Notes under the pieces: model-generated
The model's input: the letters and a program-made list of their open reading frames with translations, nothing else
Told to the model about the DNA's origin: nothing
Database searches by the model: none
Translations under genes and position numbers: made by a program
Source of the DNA: Flavobacteriales bacterium
GTDB lineage: Bacteria > Bacteroidota > Bacteroidia > Flavobacteriales > Flavobacteriaceae
DNA: 64,000 nt
NCBI GenBank assembly: GCA_027066995.1
Contig: JAMOMQ010000166.1
Coordinates: forward strand, 192 to 64,191
Direction: 5' to 3'
Shown: in pieces, positions 1-10,115 of the stretch
Layout of the letters: each line of letters begins with the position of its first letter
Numbering within the stretch: the stretch's first letter is position 1

Positions 1-826
1 AAATATCATAAGCCGACTCAAACAAAGCTATTTTTTCTTCCGCACTTGGCAACCCGAATTTTTCCAAACTTTTTTGTTGTTTTTTGATCCAAGGTACATG
101 TGCATACGAAAAAACAGCCAAACGGTCGGGGGATAAATCAGCAGCCCGTTTAATAGTTTGTTCGTAATTGGATAAATTTTGAAAAGGCAATCCGTAAATA
201 AAATCCAAATTGAGTGAAATTTGCGGGTAAGATTTGATATGAGCAACAATTTCATCAATGGGCAATAAAGGCTTTTGCCGGTTTACGGTATCCAGCACTT
301 TGTCGTCAAAATCTTGAATGCCAAAACTCAAACGGTTAAAACCCAATTGCACCAGTCCGTCAACATAGTCTTTGGTCAAGTGCGCCGGATGACATTCCAT
401 CGCAATTTCGGCGTTTGGTAAAGTTTCAAAATGGGCATATAACTTATTCATAATGGCTTGAATATCTTCAATAGGCAAAAAATTGGGCGTCCCCCCTCCC
501 CAATGAATCTGAGATATTTTTCGCTTATCATCTAATAAAGGTTTGAGCAAATCAATTTCTTTTAAAAGCGTATCAACATAATTATTGATTAAAATTTTAT
601 TGTTGGTTATCAGAGTGTTACAACCGCAATACGTGCACAATTGACCACAAAACGGAATATGTATGTAAATAGAAATATTTTGCGGGTTTTCTGTATTAGA
701 ATCCTTAATGGCTTTCACAACCGCATTGTAATCGGTTACCTCTTTAAAATAATTTGCCGGCGGATAACTGGTATATCGCGGTGTTGGTTTGTTATATTTT
801 TGATATAATTCTTTTGCTATTTTCAT
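1..826 (-). CDS. hemN: Oxygen-independent coproporphyrinogen III oxidase (radical SAM), 3' part runs off the left edge
   Basis: Open frame to the window edge, so it is absent from the ORF track. ATG at 826. Translation shows PRYTSYPPANYF, the radical-SAM cluster motif CGQLCTYCGC (CxxxCxxC) and IHWGGGTPNF, all typical of HemN. Confidence 0.85.
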   Translation of the reverse strand, partial: MKIAKELYQKYNKPTPRYTSYPPANYFKEVTDYNAVVKAIKDSNTENPQNISIYIHIPFCGQLCTYCGCNTLITNNKILINNYVDTLLKEIDLLKPLLDDKRKISQIHWGGGTPNFLPIEDIQAIMNKLYAHFETLPNAEIAMECHPAHLTKDYVDGLVQLGFNRLSFGIQDFDDKVLDTVNRQKPLLPIDEIVAHIKSYPQISLNLDFIYGLPFQNLSNYEQTIKRAADLSPDRLAVFSYAHVPWIKKQQKSLEKFGLPSAEEKIALFESAYDI

Positions 827-840
827 AAGATTTATTTTTT

Positions 841-935
841 TGCTATTAGCTATTGGTTATTGGCTGTTGGCTGTTGGCTTTTTGCTGTTAGCATTTTAAA
901 CTTTACACTTTATACTTTTAACTTTATACTCCCTT
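841..935. repeat. Low-complexity intergenic satellite (TTGGCTG-type short repeats followed by ACTTTA/CTTTAAC-type repeats)
   Basis: The sequence gctattagctattggttattggctgttggctgttggctttttgctgttagc is followed by ttaaactttacactttatacttttaactttatact. The last ~10 codons of the MFS ORF are encoded by the repeat. Confidence 0.6.
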
Positions 936-2119
936 TCATACAAATGCGGCAAGGCAAATAGTAATATGATACTGATAAACACTTCTATTAAAAATAATCC
1001 GGAATATCCGTAAACATGGGCTATTTTTCCACTTAACACCGCAAAAATCAAGCTTCCCAAATGGGTTATAACAATTTGAATGGTAAAATCCGTACCGGCT
1101 TTTCCGGCTCTGATGCGATCCATTGCAATGGTATAAATAAATACCGACGCCATTCCATATACGCCCCAAATACTCAGCACTGCGATGACCAACTCGGGAT
1201 AAGTCACCGTATGCTGCGAAATATACCAAAAATACAATCCGGTGAGCAAACCCAAACTCAAAATGACTAACATAGCCAAACGCTTGTTATACCGCTTGAT
1301 AAAAAATCCCATTACAATGGCTAAAACAGCTCCCAAAGCCGGTCCGTAAATGCCGGACAACAAACCTATTTCTTTGGTATTGTAACCCAAATCTACCATC
1401 CAAGGTTTGAGCATGGTTAAAATACCGATTAGTCCGGCATAAAAGAAAAACAATAAAATAACCCGTTTACCTATACGCGGTTGTTTAAAAAAACGTATAA
1501 TATCTTTAAATCCGATCTGTGTATCCGGTTTGGACATCTTTACATAACCGGGGTTATAAAAATAGAGAGGAATCAATGCGAGTAATACAAATCCGGCCAA
1601 AGCAATCAACAAATATTTCCAGCCGAAATAATAATAAATAATCAACAATATACCGCTTCCGGTTACAGTCCCCAGAAAACTACCGGCTGACTGCATACTA
1701 TTTCCCAAGCTGCGCTCTTTGGGACGTAATATTAAATAAGCAAAGGCGTCGGTAGCAATATCTTGGGTAGCCGAAGCGGTAAATGCAATAAGCATTAAGG
1801 CCACAATCATTTTAAAACCGGTGTGTAAATCCAGAAATGCCGTGGCAAAAATAACCATGGCATAAAAAAGTTCGGAAGCAAATATCCAACGTTTGTAATT
1901 TTGGATGGTGCCGCCTGTTTTGTCCACCATTGGTGCCCATAAAAATTTTAGTAACCAAGGCAGTTTTACCAATTGTAATAAACCTATGGCAGCAAGCGAA
2001 TAATGCTCCATACGCATGATCACGGGCATGACCGTCGAAAAAAAAGTCATGGGAATAGATTGTGCCAAGTATAAACTCAACAAAGTTCCGTATTTATGTA
2101 TGGCGGGTTTATGATTCAA
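896..2119 (-). CDS. MFS transporter, AmpG-like family (muropeptide or siderophore-type permease)
   Basis: 407-aa polytopic protein. The N-terminal LYLAQSIP...LKFLWAPMVDK motif resembles the AmpG/RhtX-type MFS signature. About 12 hydrophobic segments. Confidence 0.65.
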   Translation of the reverse strand: MNHKPAIHKYGTLLSLYLAQSIPMTFFSTVMPVIMRMEHYSLAAIGLLQLVKLPWLLKFLWAPMVDKTGGTIQNYKRWIFASELFYAMVIFATAFLDLHTGFKMIVALMLIAFTASATQDIATDAFAYLILRPKERSLGNSMQSAGSFLGTVTGSGILLIIYYYFGWKYLLIALAGFVLLALIPLYFYNPGYVKMSKPDTQIGFKDIIRFFKQPRIGKRVILLFFFYAGLIGILTMLKPWMVDLGYNTKEIGLLSGIYGPALGAVLAIVMGFFIKRYNKRLAMLVILSLGLLTGLYFWYISQHTVTYPELVIAVLSIWGVYGMASVFIYTIAMDRIRAGKAGTDFTIQIVITHLGSLIFAVLSGKIAHVYGYSGLFLIEVFISIILLFALPHLYEREYKVKSIKCKV

Positions 2120-2142
2120 ATTTTTTGTTTTTTTATTAAAAG

Positions 2143-2186
2143 GTCAATTCGATTTCATCTTTTTTAGTCGACAAAACCGAATTGAC
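2143..2186 (-). terminator. Possible hairpin terminator or attenuator between the receptor and MFS genes
   Basis: 9-bp inverted repeat gtcaattcg / cgaattgac with a 26-nt loop. On the minus strand a TTTT run follows it. Confidence 0.3.
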
Positions 2187-2243
2187 ATGCGTTATGATTA
2201 TGAAATACAGGTAAACACAATCTATGTATAAATTCTAAAATTT

Positions 2244-4304
2244 TTAAAATTTCATTTTAACAAAACCGCCATATTGCAATGGATGTGCCGGTTCAACATA
2301 AGCTTTATGTAAAGTGGAAATGGTGAAATAATAACTATTGTAATCCGCATCTAACAGATTTTTGCCCCAAATACCAACACTAAATTTAGCAAACGCAACC
2401 GACAAATTTGCATTGAGTAAGCCATAACCATCTTGATAAGCTTCATTGGCAACATCCCAATAAAACTTACCGAAATATTTGTAGTTGGCATTAACCGATA
2501 GATATTTAATCAAATCCCCCGGAACAAACCATTTGTAATTGGCAATGGCACCCAAGGTATATTTTGGCACCAAAGGAATTTCATTTCCGGAATAATCCGT
2601 TGTGGCGTTTTTCACATATTCATCAAATTGGGCATCTGTATAACCCAAAGCCAGAGCAAAATTAAAATTGCGATTAAATTTATATCTACTCTCAAACTCA
2701 ATCCCTTTACTGGTTGATTTTCCTGCATTTTTGGTCATAATACCACGACCACTCGGCACAGATTGTATAACTTGCTGATCTTGCCAATCAATATAGAATA
2801 TACTTAAATTGGCTGTCAAATGGTCCTCTAACCAAACGGATTTGATACCGGCTTCGTAGTTCCAACTATATTCGGGATTATATACCTCATCTTGGGGACG
2901 CTCAATAGTCGGATTAAAGCCTCCGGCTTTGTAGCCTTTGGTAAGACTGGCATATACATTAACATCTTCATTGGCAAAATACGTCAAACTCAATTTGGGT
3001 AAAATCTGATTATAACTCAAATAGTGTATAAAATCGTCTTTATGAACTTTGTGTGCATGCACTTCCATATCATAATTATAATCCAAACGTGATTTTTCCA
3101 TATCCCAACGCAATCCGGTAGTCAATGCAAGTTTACCAAACGGGATTTCCATTTGTCCGAACATAGCGCCGCCGTCAATATTTTGATCATAATTTTTTAA
3201 TAGTTTTATATTAGTTTGACGGGTAGTTAAATCTACCAAAACATCTTTGTATAATCGTCTTTGGAATGAAAACAAACCGGCAATCCATTTGATTTTACTA
3301 TCGGCTTTCGATTTAAAATTTAATTCTTCTACAAACGCCTTGTTATCTCTATCCATATCAATAAAATAAACATCGACCGGCAAAAAATCTTGGTCTATTT
3401 CATAGTTATCTTTAAGCTTTTGATAGCTACCGGTAAAGGTAACGTCAAATTTATCAGCTTCATAATTTAAAAAGTATCCTCCCGACAAAAAATCCCGGTC
3501 ATAAGCACTGGGTTGGTTATAATTGATGGCTTGTGCCGTTTGATTTTCTATATCATAAACGGCATAAGGAAAACCATCTTGGTTATTTTTTTCATATCCT
3601 AAAACAAAGCGCATTTTTAAACGCTTCGTAGGTTTGTAAGCCATTTTAATTCTTCCTGAATAGGTATCCATTCTATCGGGATTAGTTCCATCGTATTCAT
3701 TGGTAAAAAAACCATCTTTGTGTGCATAGGCACCATTGAACAATACGCCAAATTTGTCAGATACCGGCAGATTTAAACTACCAACAGCTTTTTGTTGGTT
3801 ATAGTTTCCATAGTCCAATTTAAGCATACCTCCCAAACGGGATGCCGGTTCGGGTGTATATATTTTAATCAATCCACCCATAGTATTTCGTCCGTATAAA
3901 GTGCCTTGCGGACCTCTTAATACTTCAATTTTTTTCACGTCTGTCAATTCAAAATTGACCGTGCCGCTATCAAAATACGGAATGTCATCGACATAAACCC
4001 CAACAGAAGCTTCCCCCTTGCTTACACCTATACCTCTGATATAAATATCTGTGTTTAGACGGGTGCCGTGCTCCGGCATAAATAAATTGGGAACAAATCC
4101 GTTTAAATTGGTTACATTATCAATTTTTAAAGTTTCGATTTCTTTGGCGGTAACGGCGGTTACGGAAACCGGAATTTGTTGTATTTTCATATTGGTTTTG
4201 CCGGCATCTATCACCACTTCATTAATTTTTATAGTATCTTTAGCTTTTTCTTGTGCCGACATAAACAAAGGTAGTAATGTCAAAATCAAATATAATCTCT
4301 TCAT
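2244..4304 (-). CDS. TonB-dependent outer-membrane receptor (siderophore/iron type)
   Basis: Signal peptide, a plug region (IPVSVTAVTAKEIE, RGPQGTLYGRNTMGG), a long beta-barrel and a C-terminal aromatic residue (KMKF). Confidence 0.9.
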   Translation of the reverse strand: MKRLYLILTLLPLFMSAQEKAKDTIKINEVVIDAGKTNMKIQQIPVSVTAVTAKEIETLKIDNVTNLNGFVPNLFMPEHGTRLNTDIYIRGIGVSKGEASVGVYVDDIPYFDSGTVNFELTDVKKIEVLRGPQGTLYGRNTMGGLIKIYTPEPASRLGGMLKLDYGNYNQQKAVGSLNLPVSDKFGVLFNGAYAHKDGFFTNEYDGTNPDRMDTYSGRIKMAYKPTKRLKMRFVLGYEKNNQDGFPYAVYDIENQTAQAINYNQPSAYDRDFLSGGYFLNYEADKFDVTFTGSYQKLKDNYEIDQDFLPVDVYFIDMDRDNKAFVEELNFKSKADSKIKWIAGLFSFQRRLYKDVLVDLTTRQTNIKLLKNYDQNIDGGAMFGQMEIPFGKLALTTGLRWDMEKSRLDYNYDMEVHAHKVHKDDFIHYLSYNQILPKLSLTYFANEDVNVYASLTKGYKAGGFNPTIERPQDEVYNPEYSWNYEAGIKSVWLEDHLTANLSIFYIDWQDQQVIQSVPSGRGIMTKNAGKSTSKGIEFESRYKFNRNFNFALALGYTDAQFDEYVKNATTDYSGNEIPLVPKYTLGAIANYKWFVPGDLIKYLSVNANYKYFGKFYWDVANEAYQDGYGLLNANLSVAFAKFSVGIWGKNLLDADYNSYYFTISTLHKAYVEPAHPLQYGGFVKMKF

Positions 4305-4617
4305 ACATCAAAGTTTTTAGTTAAAAAATATTATCGGATACAAAAGTATTTTATTAGAATGTATAAAAATATCGCTAAACGAATTTTGAATATCGAATAA
4401 CAAAAAATTAACACATAAATATAAATAAATTCAACAGTAAGTAACAAAAGTTTCTCATATCTCTAAAAGACAAAAAAACCAAAAAACCGGAAAAACTATT
4501 CAACCCACCCATTTAAACTATTCAATTATAAACATCGACATCATAAAAAAAATATTTAAATTGCGTGATAGAATATCCTTTGTTAAATTTCGTTATAAAA
4601 AGATAAAAATAGCTGCA

Positions 4618-7600
4618 ATGAATCATAAACTTTTAATCCTTATTTTGGGCTTTTTTAGCTTGACTAATTTTTACGGACAAGCTTCCGATCAATATTACAA
4701 TCCCGACACCAAATTTGTAAAAGCTGTCAATTTGTATAATGACAAAGAATACAAAGCGGCCGAATATGAATTTGAAAAACTCAAAAAAACTGTTAAAAAC
4801 CGGCAATTATTAGGCGATGTTTATTTTTATCTGGCCAGTATAGCCGTGCGCACCGGTGCAGAAAATGCCGGAGAATTATTGCAATATTTCACCCAACACT
4901 TTCCCACACATCCCAAACGAACGGTAGTTTATTTTGATGCGGCCGATTATTATTTTTCTCATAAAGACTTAAAACAAGCTCAAGAATATATACTGCAAGT
5001 AGATCCGGGCAGTTTGTCGCCTGACGAATATGAAAAATATAATTTTTATTTGGGTTATACCTATCTCAAACAAAATAAATACAAGAAAGCAGCCCGCCTG
5101 TTTGAGAAACTGCTCAACTCCGAAAAATATGGAAAACAGGCAAAATATTATTACGGTTATATAGCTTACAAACTAGATGATTTTGCCAAAGCCAAAAAAT
5201 ATTTTGATATGGTTGCCGGCGAGGCCGATTTTAACAAAAAGTTGCCCTATTATCGTGCCGATATGTATTTTAAATTACAACAATTTGACAAAGCCATAGC
5301 AGAAGCACAAAAAATATATGACCGTGCCCGTGGCGATGAAAAATCGCAATTGGCCAAAATAATAGGTGAAAGCTACTTTAACTTGGGAAAATACGACCAA
5401 GCCATACCATACCTCAAAGCTTACCGTGGCAAAAAAGGCCGTTGGAACAATATAGATTATTACCAATTGGGCTATGCTTATTATAAAACGGATGATTTTG
5501 ACAAGGCCATAGAAAACTTCAATAAAATCATTAGCGGCAATGATGCTGTGGCTCAAAATGCTTACTATCACTTGGCCGATGCTTATTTGGCAACCGGTCA
5601 AAAAACGAAAGCCCTTAACGCCTTTAAAAAGGTATCGGAAATGGACTTTGATCCTAAAATGCAAGAAGATGCTTTTTACAATTATGCCAAACTCGGTTAT
5701 GAACTGGGCAATCCGTTCGAAAATTCATCCAAAGTAATCTTACGTTATCTAAAAAAATATCCTAACAGCCTCTACAAAAAGGAACTGGAAAATTTATTGG
5801 TCAATTCGTATCTGACTTCTAACAACTATGAACAAGCCATTAAACTATTGGAGAAAAACAAACAAACCAATACCGAAACCTATCAGAAAGCAGCCTATTA
5901 TCGCGGATTGGAATTGATAAACGAAGGCAAATACCAAGAAGCCAGGGAGATGTTTGATAAAGTTTTATCCCAAGGTTTTGATCCCAAATACCGGCAATTA
6001 TCCAAATTTTGGAAAGCCGAAGCCGACTACCGTTTGCACCGTTACCAAGCAGCCAAAAACGGTTTTGAAGACTTTTTATCAACCAATGATTATAAATTTT
6101 TAAAAGAAGGCAAATTGGCTAATTACAACTTGGCATATACATATTTCAAGTTAAAGAATTATCCGAAAGCCGCTCAATATTTTGAAACATTTATTCAAAC
6201 CAAACCCGATCAAAAATTACTAAAAGACAGTTATTTACGATTGGGAGACAGCCATTTTGCCTCCAAACAATATTGGCCGGCTATGGATGCTTACAACAAA
6301 GCCATGTTGATGGCCGGTGCCGATTCGGATTATGCGCATTATCAAAAAGCCATCAGCTATGGGTTTGTGGGTAAAAACAATAAAAAAATTGACGAATTAA
6401 GTCAATTTATACAAAAATTTCCGCAATCAAAACTCATTCCCGATGCCTTATACCAACTGGGCAGCACCTATTTAGTGACGGGTAATGAAAGCAAAGCCTT
6501 ATCTAATTTTGAAAAGCTTTTAAACCAACATCCTCAAAGTAAATATGTGCCGGTGGTATTGCTGAAAGAAGGACTTATCTTATACAATAAAGGGAATAAC
6601 CAATTGGCACTGGACAAATTTAAACAAGTGGTCAAACAATTTCCTAACACACCTATGGCACATCAAGCGGTTGAAAACATTAAAAACATTTATATAGAAA
6701 ACGGTAAAGCCGAAGCTTATGCCCAATGGGCCAAACAATACCCTTGGATTGCGGTCAGCAATACCGAACTGGATGATGCCGTTTTTGCCACTGCCGAAGA
6801 AAAATATTACAATCAAGCACCCGATGCCATAGCCGGACTCGAAAAATATTTGCAGCAATACCCCGATGGTATGCACCGGCTCAAAGCCCATTATTATTTA
6901 GCGCGATTGTATCAACAAAAAGATAAAAAAGGAAAAGCCGCACAGCATTACGAATATATTGCCTCTCAACCTCAAAACGAATATACTTTGGAAGCCATAA
7001 GGCAGTTGGCCGACTTTAATCTGCAAAACAAACTTTGGTCTAAAGCCGTGCCTTATTTAGAACGATTGGAATTGTTGAGCAATTCGCCTGATGATTTGAT
7101 ATTTGCCCAATCAAATTTGATGAAAGCTTATTATCAAAACAAACAAACCAACAGCGCTATTGAATATGCCGAAAAAGTGCTTAAAAATCCGAAAAGCAAT
7201 AAACAAATGCGTCACGATGCCCAAGTTATTATAGCACGTGCCTCTCTGGACAACGGCGACGAAACCAAAGCGCGTTTTTATTATGATAAATTATCAAGAA
7301 CTGCCGGCGGTAAAATAGCGGCCGAAGCACTTTATTATGTGGCTTATTTTCAAAATAAGGATAAAAAATATGACAAATCCAATAAAACCATAGGCAAGCT
7401 GACCAAGAAATATGCCAATCAAAAATATTGGGCAGCCAAAGCTTTGGTATTGATGGCACGCAATACATACGCTAAAGGCGATGCTTTTAATGCCACTTAT
7501 ATATTGGAGAGTGTCATCAAAAATTTTAAACAGTTTCCTGATGTCATACAAGAAGCACAAGATTTGCTACGGCAAATTAAGGCCCAAGAAGCTACAAAAA

Positions 7601-7620
7601 ATGAAGATGCCGGTAATTAA
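4618..7620 (+). CDS. Large secreted tetratricopeptide-repeat (TPR) protein
   Basis: Start moved to the ATG at 4618 (MNHKLLILILGFFSL signal peptide). About 1000 aa of repeating A-x-Y-x-L-G/A TPR-like units. Confidence 0.8.
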   Translation: MNHKLLILILGFFSLTNFYGQASDQYYNPDTKFVKAVNLYNDKEYKAAEYEFEKLKKTVKNRQLLGDVYFYLASIAVRTGAENAGELLQYFTQHFPTHPKRTVVYFDAADYYFSHKDLKQAQEYILQVDPGSLSPDEYEKYNFYLGYTYLKQNKYKKAARLFEKLLNSEKYGKQAKYYYGYIAYKLDDFAKAKKYFDMVAGEADFNKKLPYYRADMYFKLQQFDKAIAEAQKIYDRARGDEKSQLAKIIGESYFNLGKYDQAIPYLKAYRGKKGRWNNIDYYQLGYAYYKTDDFDKAIENFNKIISGNDAVAQNAYYHLADAYLATGQKTKALNAFKKVSEMDFDPKMQEDAFYNYAKLGYELGNPFENSSKVILRYLKKYPNSLYKKELENLLVNSYLTSNNYEQAIKLLEKNKQTNTETYQKAAYYRGLELINEGKYQEAREMFDKVLSQGFDPKYRQLSKFWKAEADYRLHRYQAAKNGFEDFLSTNDYKFLKEGKLANYNLAYTYFKLKNYPKAAQYFETFIQTKPDQKLLKDSYLRLGDSHFASKQYWPAMDAYNKAMLMAGADSDYAHYQKAISYGFVGKNNKKIDELSQFIQKFPQSKLIPDALYQLGSTYLVTGNESKALSNFEKLLNQHPQSKYVPVVLLKEGLILYNKGNNQLALDKFKQVVKQFPNTPMAHQAVENIKNIYIENGKAEAYAQWAKQYPWIAVSNTELDDAVFATAEEKYYNQAPDAIAGLEKYLQQYPDGMHRLKAHYYLARLYQQKDKKGKAAQHYEYIASQPQNEYTLEAIRQLADFNLQNKLWSKAVPYLERLELLSNSPDDLIFAQSNLMKAYYQNKQTNSAIEYAEKVLKNPKSNKQMRHDAQVIIARASLDNGDETKARFYYDKLSRTAGGKIAAEALYYVAYFQNKDKKYDKSNKTIGKLTKKYANQKYWAAKALVLMARNTYAKGDAFNATYILESVIKNFKQFPDVIQEAQDLLRQIKAQEATKNEDAGN

Positions 7621-7678
7621 GCTCTTGTATATATCAAATAATATTGAAAACAAACATTAAAATAATTATAGTAAAATA

Positions 7679-9358
7679 ATGAAAAAGCTCATTTTTATAT
7701 ATCTGATAACCGGAATCCTATCAGCCTGGGGGCAACAAGTAAAAGACAGTGTTAAAACGGAAGTGATTGAAGTCACCCGATCGTTTGAGCCCAAGGTGCA
7801 AGATGCCTACAAACTGGATGTCAATCCTGACCTTGACACCACACCGGAAGCTAAAATTCCCGTCACCTATCAAATTCAATCGGTGCCGGTCGCTTCTACT
7901 TTTCAACCCGAAAAGGGTAAAATGGCCGGTTTTAATCCCGGTAATATGTTACAAGACATTTACACAAGTTATGTCTCGGGTAGCATTGGTAATTACACCC
8001 AAGTCAAAGCCGACGCTTATGTCTATTATGCGGTATCGGATCAGCTCAATTCGGCTTTGCGCCTCTCTCATTATTCATCACAAGGCGGTCAATCGGGAGA
8101 TTATACTTACAATCCCTTTTATCACACCGCCATTGATGCCATATTTGATTATAAAACCGGACAAAACACTTGGCAATTTGATTTGGGCTATGACGGGCAT
8201 ATCAATCATTTAAATACCGACCCCGACATGATATTTATCAATGCCCCCGCCGTGAAAACAACGACTAATAAGCATAATAATTTTCATTTGGATGTCAACG
8301 GCCAGTTTAAAGATATTTTGTTTAAGAATGTGCGCCTGTCCTACAATAATTTGTGGGATGTCTTTGATAATAGCGAGCACACATTACAACTAAAAACCAA
8401 TTTGGTGATTCCCATCAGCTCTGTAGATTTAAAATTAGGAATTCAAACCGATTTGGTCAACGGCACCTCCGGCAAAGCGGACTATCTCGAAACACCAGTT
8501 GATTTTGACCTAAACTACCAAAATACCGATATAGGTTTGCTTCCGGCCGTGCAAATAGAAAACGACAAGTTGGTAGCCCATCTCGGCGCTAAATTATTTT
8601 ATCAAAACCATCCGGCCTATAACAAAATACAGTTTATCCCCGATGTCAATGTCAGTATGAATTTAATCTATGAAAAACTGTCGATATTTGCCGGCGTTAC
8701 CGGCGATTTAAAACAACAATCCCAAACCGGCTTGTATGCCCGCAATCCCTATCTAAATTTAGCTCAAAACCTCATGCCAACCCTAACCCCTTATAATATT
8801 TTCGGCGGCTTTAACGGGGCATTTTCCAGCGCCTTTTCTTACGAAGTCAAAATGGGCGTTAAAAAAATATACAATTATGCCTTTTACCATTATAATATGA
8901 CACAGCCGCCGGTCGTAGCTTACAGTATCGTTTATGACGACATGACACAATCGTATTTTAAAACCGATTTTAATATCGGTATCGGTAAAAAATTAGACTT
9001 AAAATTAGGCTTGACTTATATGCAAAATAACACCGACCATCTTAAAAAACCGTTATTTATCCCTGATTTTGATTTTAAAACCATTTTTATTTTCAAGCCC
9101 AATAACAAACTTAATTTTAATATGACCTTAAACAGTGTGGGCAAACGTAATTATGTTTTAAGCGGCGACAAAAGTTTAAAAGCCTACACCGATTTGAATA
9201 TAGGTGTCCGGTATAACATCAATAAAGAATTTACCGCATTTATCGATGCTTATAATGTCTTAAACCAGGAGTATGAAATCTACTATTTATATCCGGTGCA
9301 AACGCTGCAATTGATGGGTGGTGTGGCTTACCGGTTTGACATTGTCCCTAAAAATTAG
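7679..9358 (+). CDS. Predicted outer-membrane beta-barrel protein, unknown function
   Basis: Signal peptide, alternating beta-strand pattern, and a C-terminal LNIGVRYNI...AYNVLNQEYE...GGVAYRF region like the last strands of TonB-receptor-type barrels. Confidence 0.6.
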   Translation: MKKLIFIYLITGILSAWGQQVKDSVKTEVIEVTRSFEPKVQDAYKLDVNPDLDTTPEAKIPVTYQIQSVPVASTFQPEKGKMAGFNPGNMLQDIYTSYVSGSIGNYTQVKADAYVYYAVSDQLNSALRLSHYSSQGGQSGDYTYNPFYHTAIDAIFDYKTGQNTWQFDLGYDGHINHLNTDPDMIFINAPAVKTTTNKHNNFHLDVNGQFKDILFKNVRLSYNNLWDVFDNSEHTLQLKTNLVIPISSVDLKLGIQTDLVNGTSGKADYLETPVDFDLNYQNTDIGLLPAVQIENDKLVAHLGAKLFYQNHPAYNKIQFIPDVNVSMNLIYEKLSIFAGVTGDLKQQSQTGLYARNPYLNLAQNLMPTLTPYNIFGGFNGAFSSAFSYEVKMGVKKIYNYAFYHYNMTQPPVVAYSIVYDDMTQSYFKTDFNIGIGKKLDLKLGLTYMQNNTDHLKKPLFIPDFDFKTIFIFKPNNKLNFNMTLNSVGKRNYVLSGDKSLKAYTDLNIGVRYNINKEFTAFIDAYNVLNQEYEIYYLYPVQTLQLMGGVAYRFDIVPKN

Positions 9359-9393
9359 TATATTAGCTACATAAACATTTAAAACCTACCACT

Positions 9394-9600
9394 ATGAAAA
9401 AAAATGTTGGAAATATGGATAAATTAATCCGGCTGATTATTGCCGTAGTTATCTTTTTATTGGTTTATACCGGAAAAATCACTGACAATACCACGCAATA
9501 TGTCTTACTGATTATTGCCTTGATAGCCGCCATTACTTCTTTGATTAATTATTGTCCGGTCTATAGTATTTTTGGCATAGACACTACCAAAAAGAATTAA
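9394..9600 (+). CDS. Small membrane protein, DUF2892 (YgaP-like) family
   Basis: 68 aa with two TM helices. The DKLIRLIIAV ... YCPVYSIFGIDT pattern matches my memory of DUF2892. Confidence 0.6.
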   Translation: MKKNVGNMDKLIRLIIAVVIFLLVYTGKITDNTTQYVLLIIALIAAITSLINYCPVYSIFGIDTTKKN

Positions 9601-9698
9601 CAAAAGAAATAATTAATTTACAAACCATTTTTTTATATCAGGATAATTTAATGTTCCGGTATATGAATGTTGTAAGCTATTATGAAAAACCGTAGCCA

Positions 9699-10079
9699 AT
9701 GAAAGTGATAAATTCTAGGAATATGAACTTAAATATGCTGATTAGGAAGTTCTTGATATTGATACTAAGCCTCTTTCTCCTTTCTGGATGTAGAACAAAT
9801 AAAAATACTGTTAATTTTTCGAATGTAAAAAAAGGAGAGCAACTTGACAAAGCAAACGAGATTACGGTTGAACAATTTTTACAGATTTGGATAAATAATT
9901 CATACCCCGTTAAGATTGATTTAAATTGCCATGAACTTTATAAGGATGAAAGGTATACTTACTTTGGAAAAAATGATTTAAAGTTATTAAGCCTTGAATC
10001 TCATTTATTTAAAGTAAGAAATGACTCATTGAATCTGCAACTTGGAAATTACAACAAAATTGACGGACAAATAATTTGA
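9699..10079 (+). CDS. Hypothetical lipoprotein, possibly the 5' part of a gene split by an in-frame TGA
   Basis: Lipobox LFLLSGC. Visibly AT-rich. Ends at TGA 10077-10079. The next ORF (10116..10298) is in the same frame. Confidence 0.5.
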   Translation: MKVINSRNMNLNMLIRKFLILILSLFLLSGCRTNKNTVNFSNVKKGEQLDKANEITVEQFLQIWINNSYPVKIDLNCHELYKDERYTYFGKNDLKLLSLESHLFKVRNDSLNLQLGNYNKIDGQII

Positions 10080-10115
10080 CAAGAATTTTGGGAAAAGATA
10101 GTTCCGAAAGAAGAT

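Noticed and set aside
1-4304. The idea that hemN, the MFS transporter and the TonB-dependent receptor form a heme-uptake/degradation locus with a HutW/ChuW-like radical SAM enzyme.
   Set aside because: The radical SAM protein has the canonical biosynthetic HemN N-terminus (PRYTSYP) and the HWGGGTP motif. The co-location is probably fortuitous, so the call is only a generic iron/siderophore-type receptor.
5275-5664. 129-aa antisense ORF inside the TPR gene. Similar antisense or out-of-frame ORFs occur at 5540-5737, 5840-6082, 6580-6891, 7229-7560, 7721-8213, 12046-12370, 16020-16972, 25313-27104, 45624-45931, 52248-53418 and elsewhere.
   Set aside because: All are embedded in long ORFs with clear family motifs. 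Their translations are low-complexity or hydrophobic noise typical of shadow frames, and none has independent start or terminator signals.
10077-10079. TGA recoding or an alternative genetic code (code 4/25) as the explanation for the in-frame TGA.
   Set aside because: TGA clearly terminates essential genes in this window (rsmH at 51202-51204, ftsI at 53466-53468, and the DUF4271 gene at 30061-30063). A genome-wide reassignment is therefore excluded.
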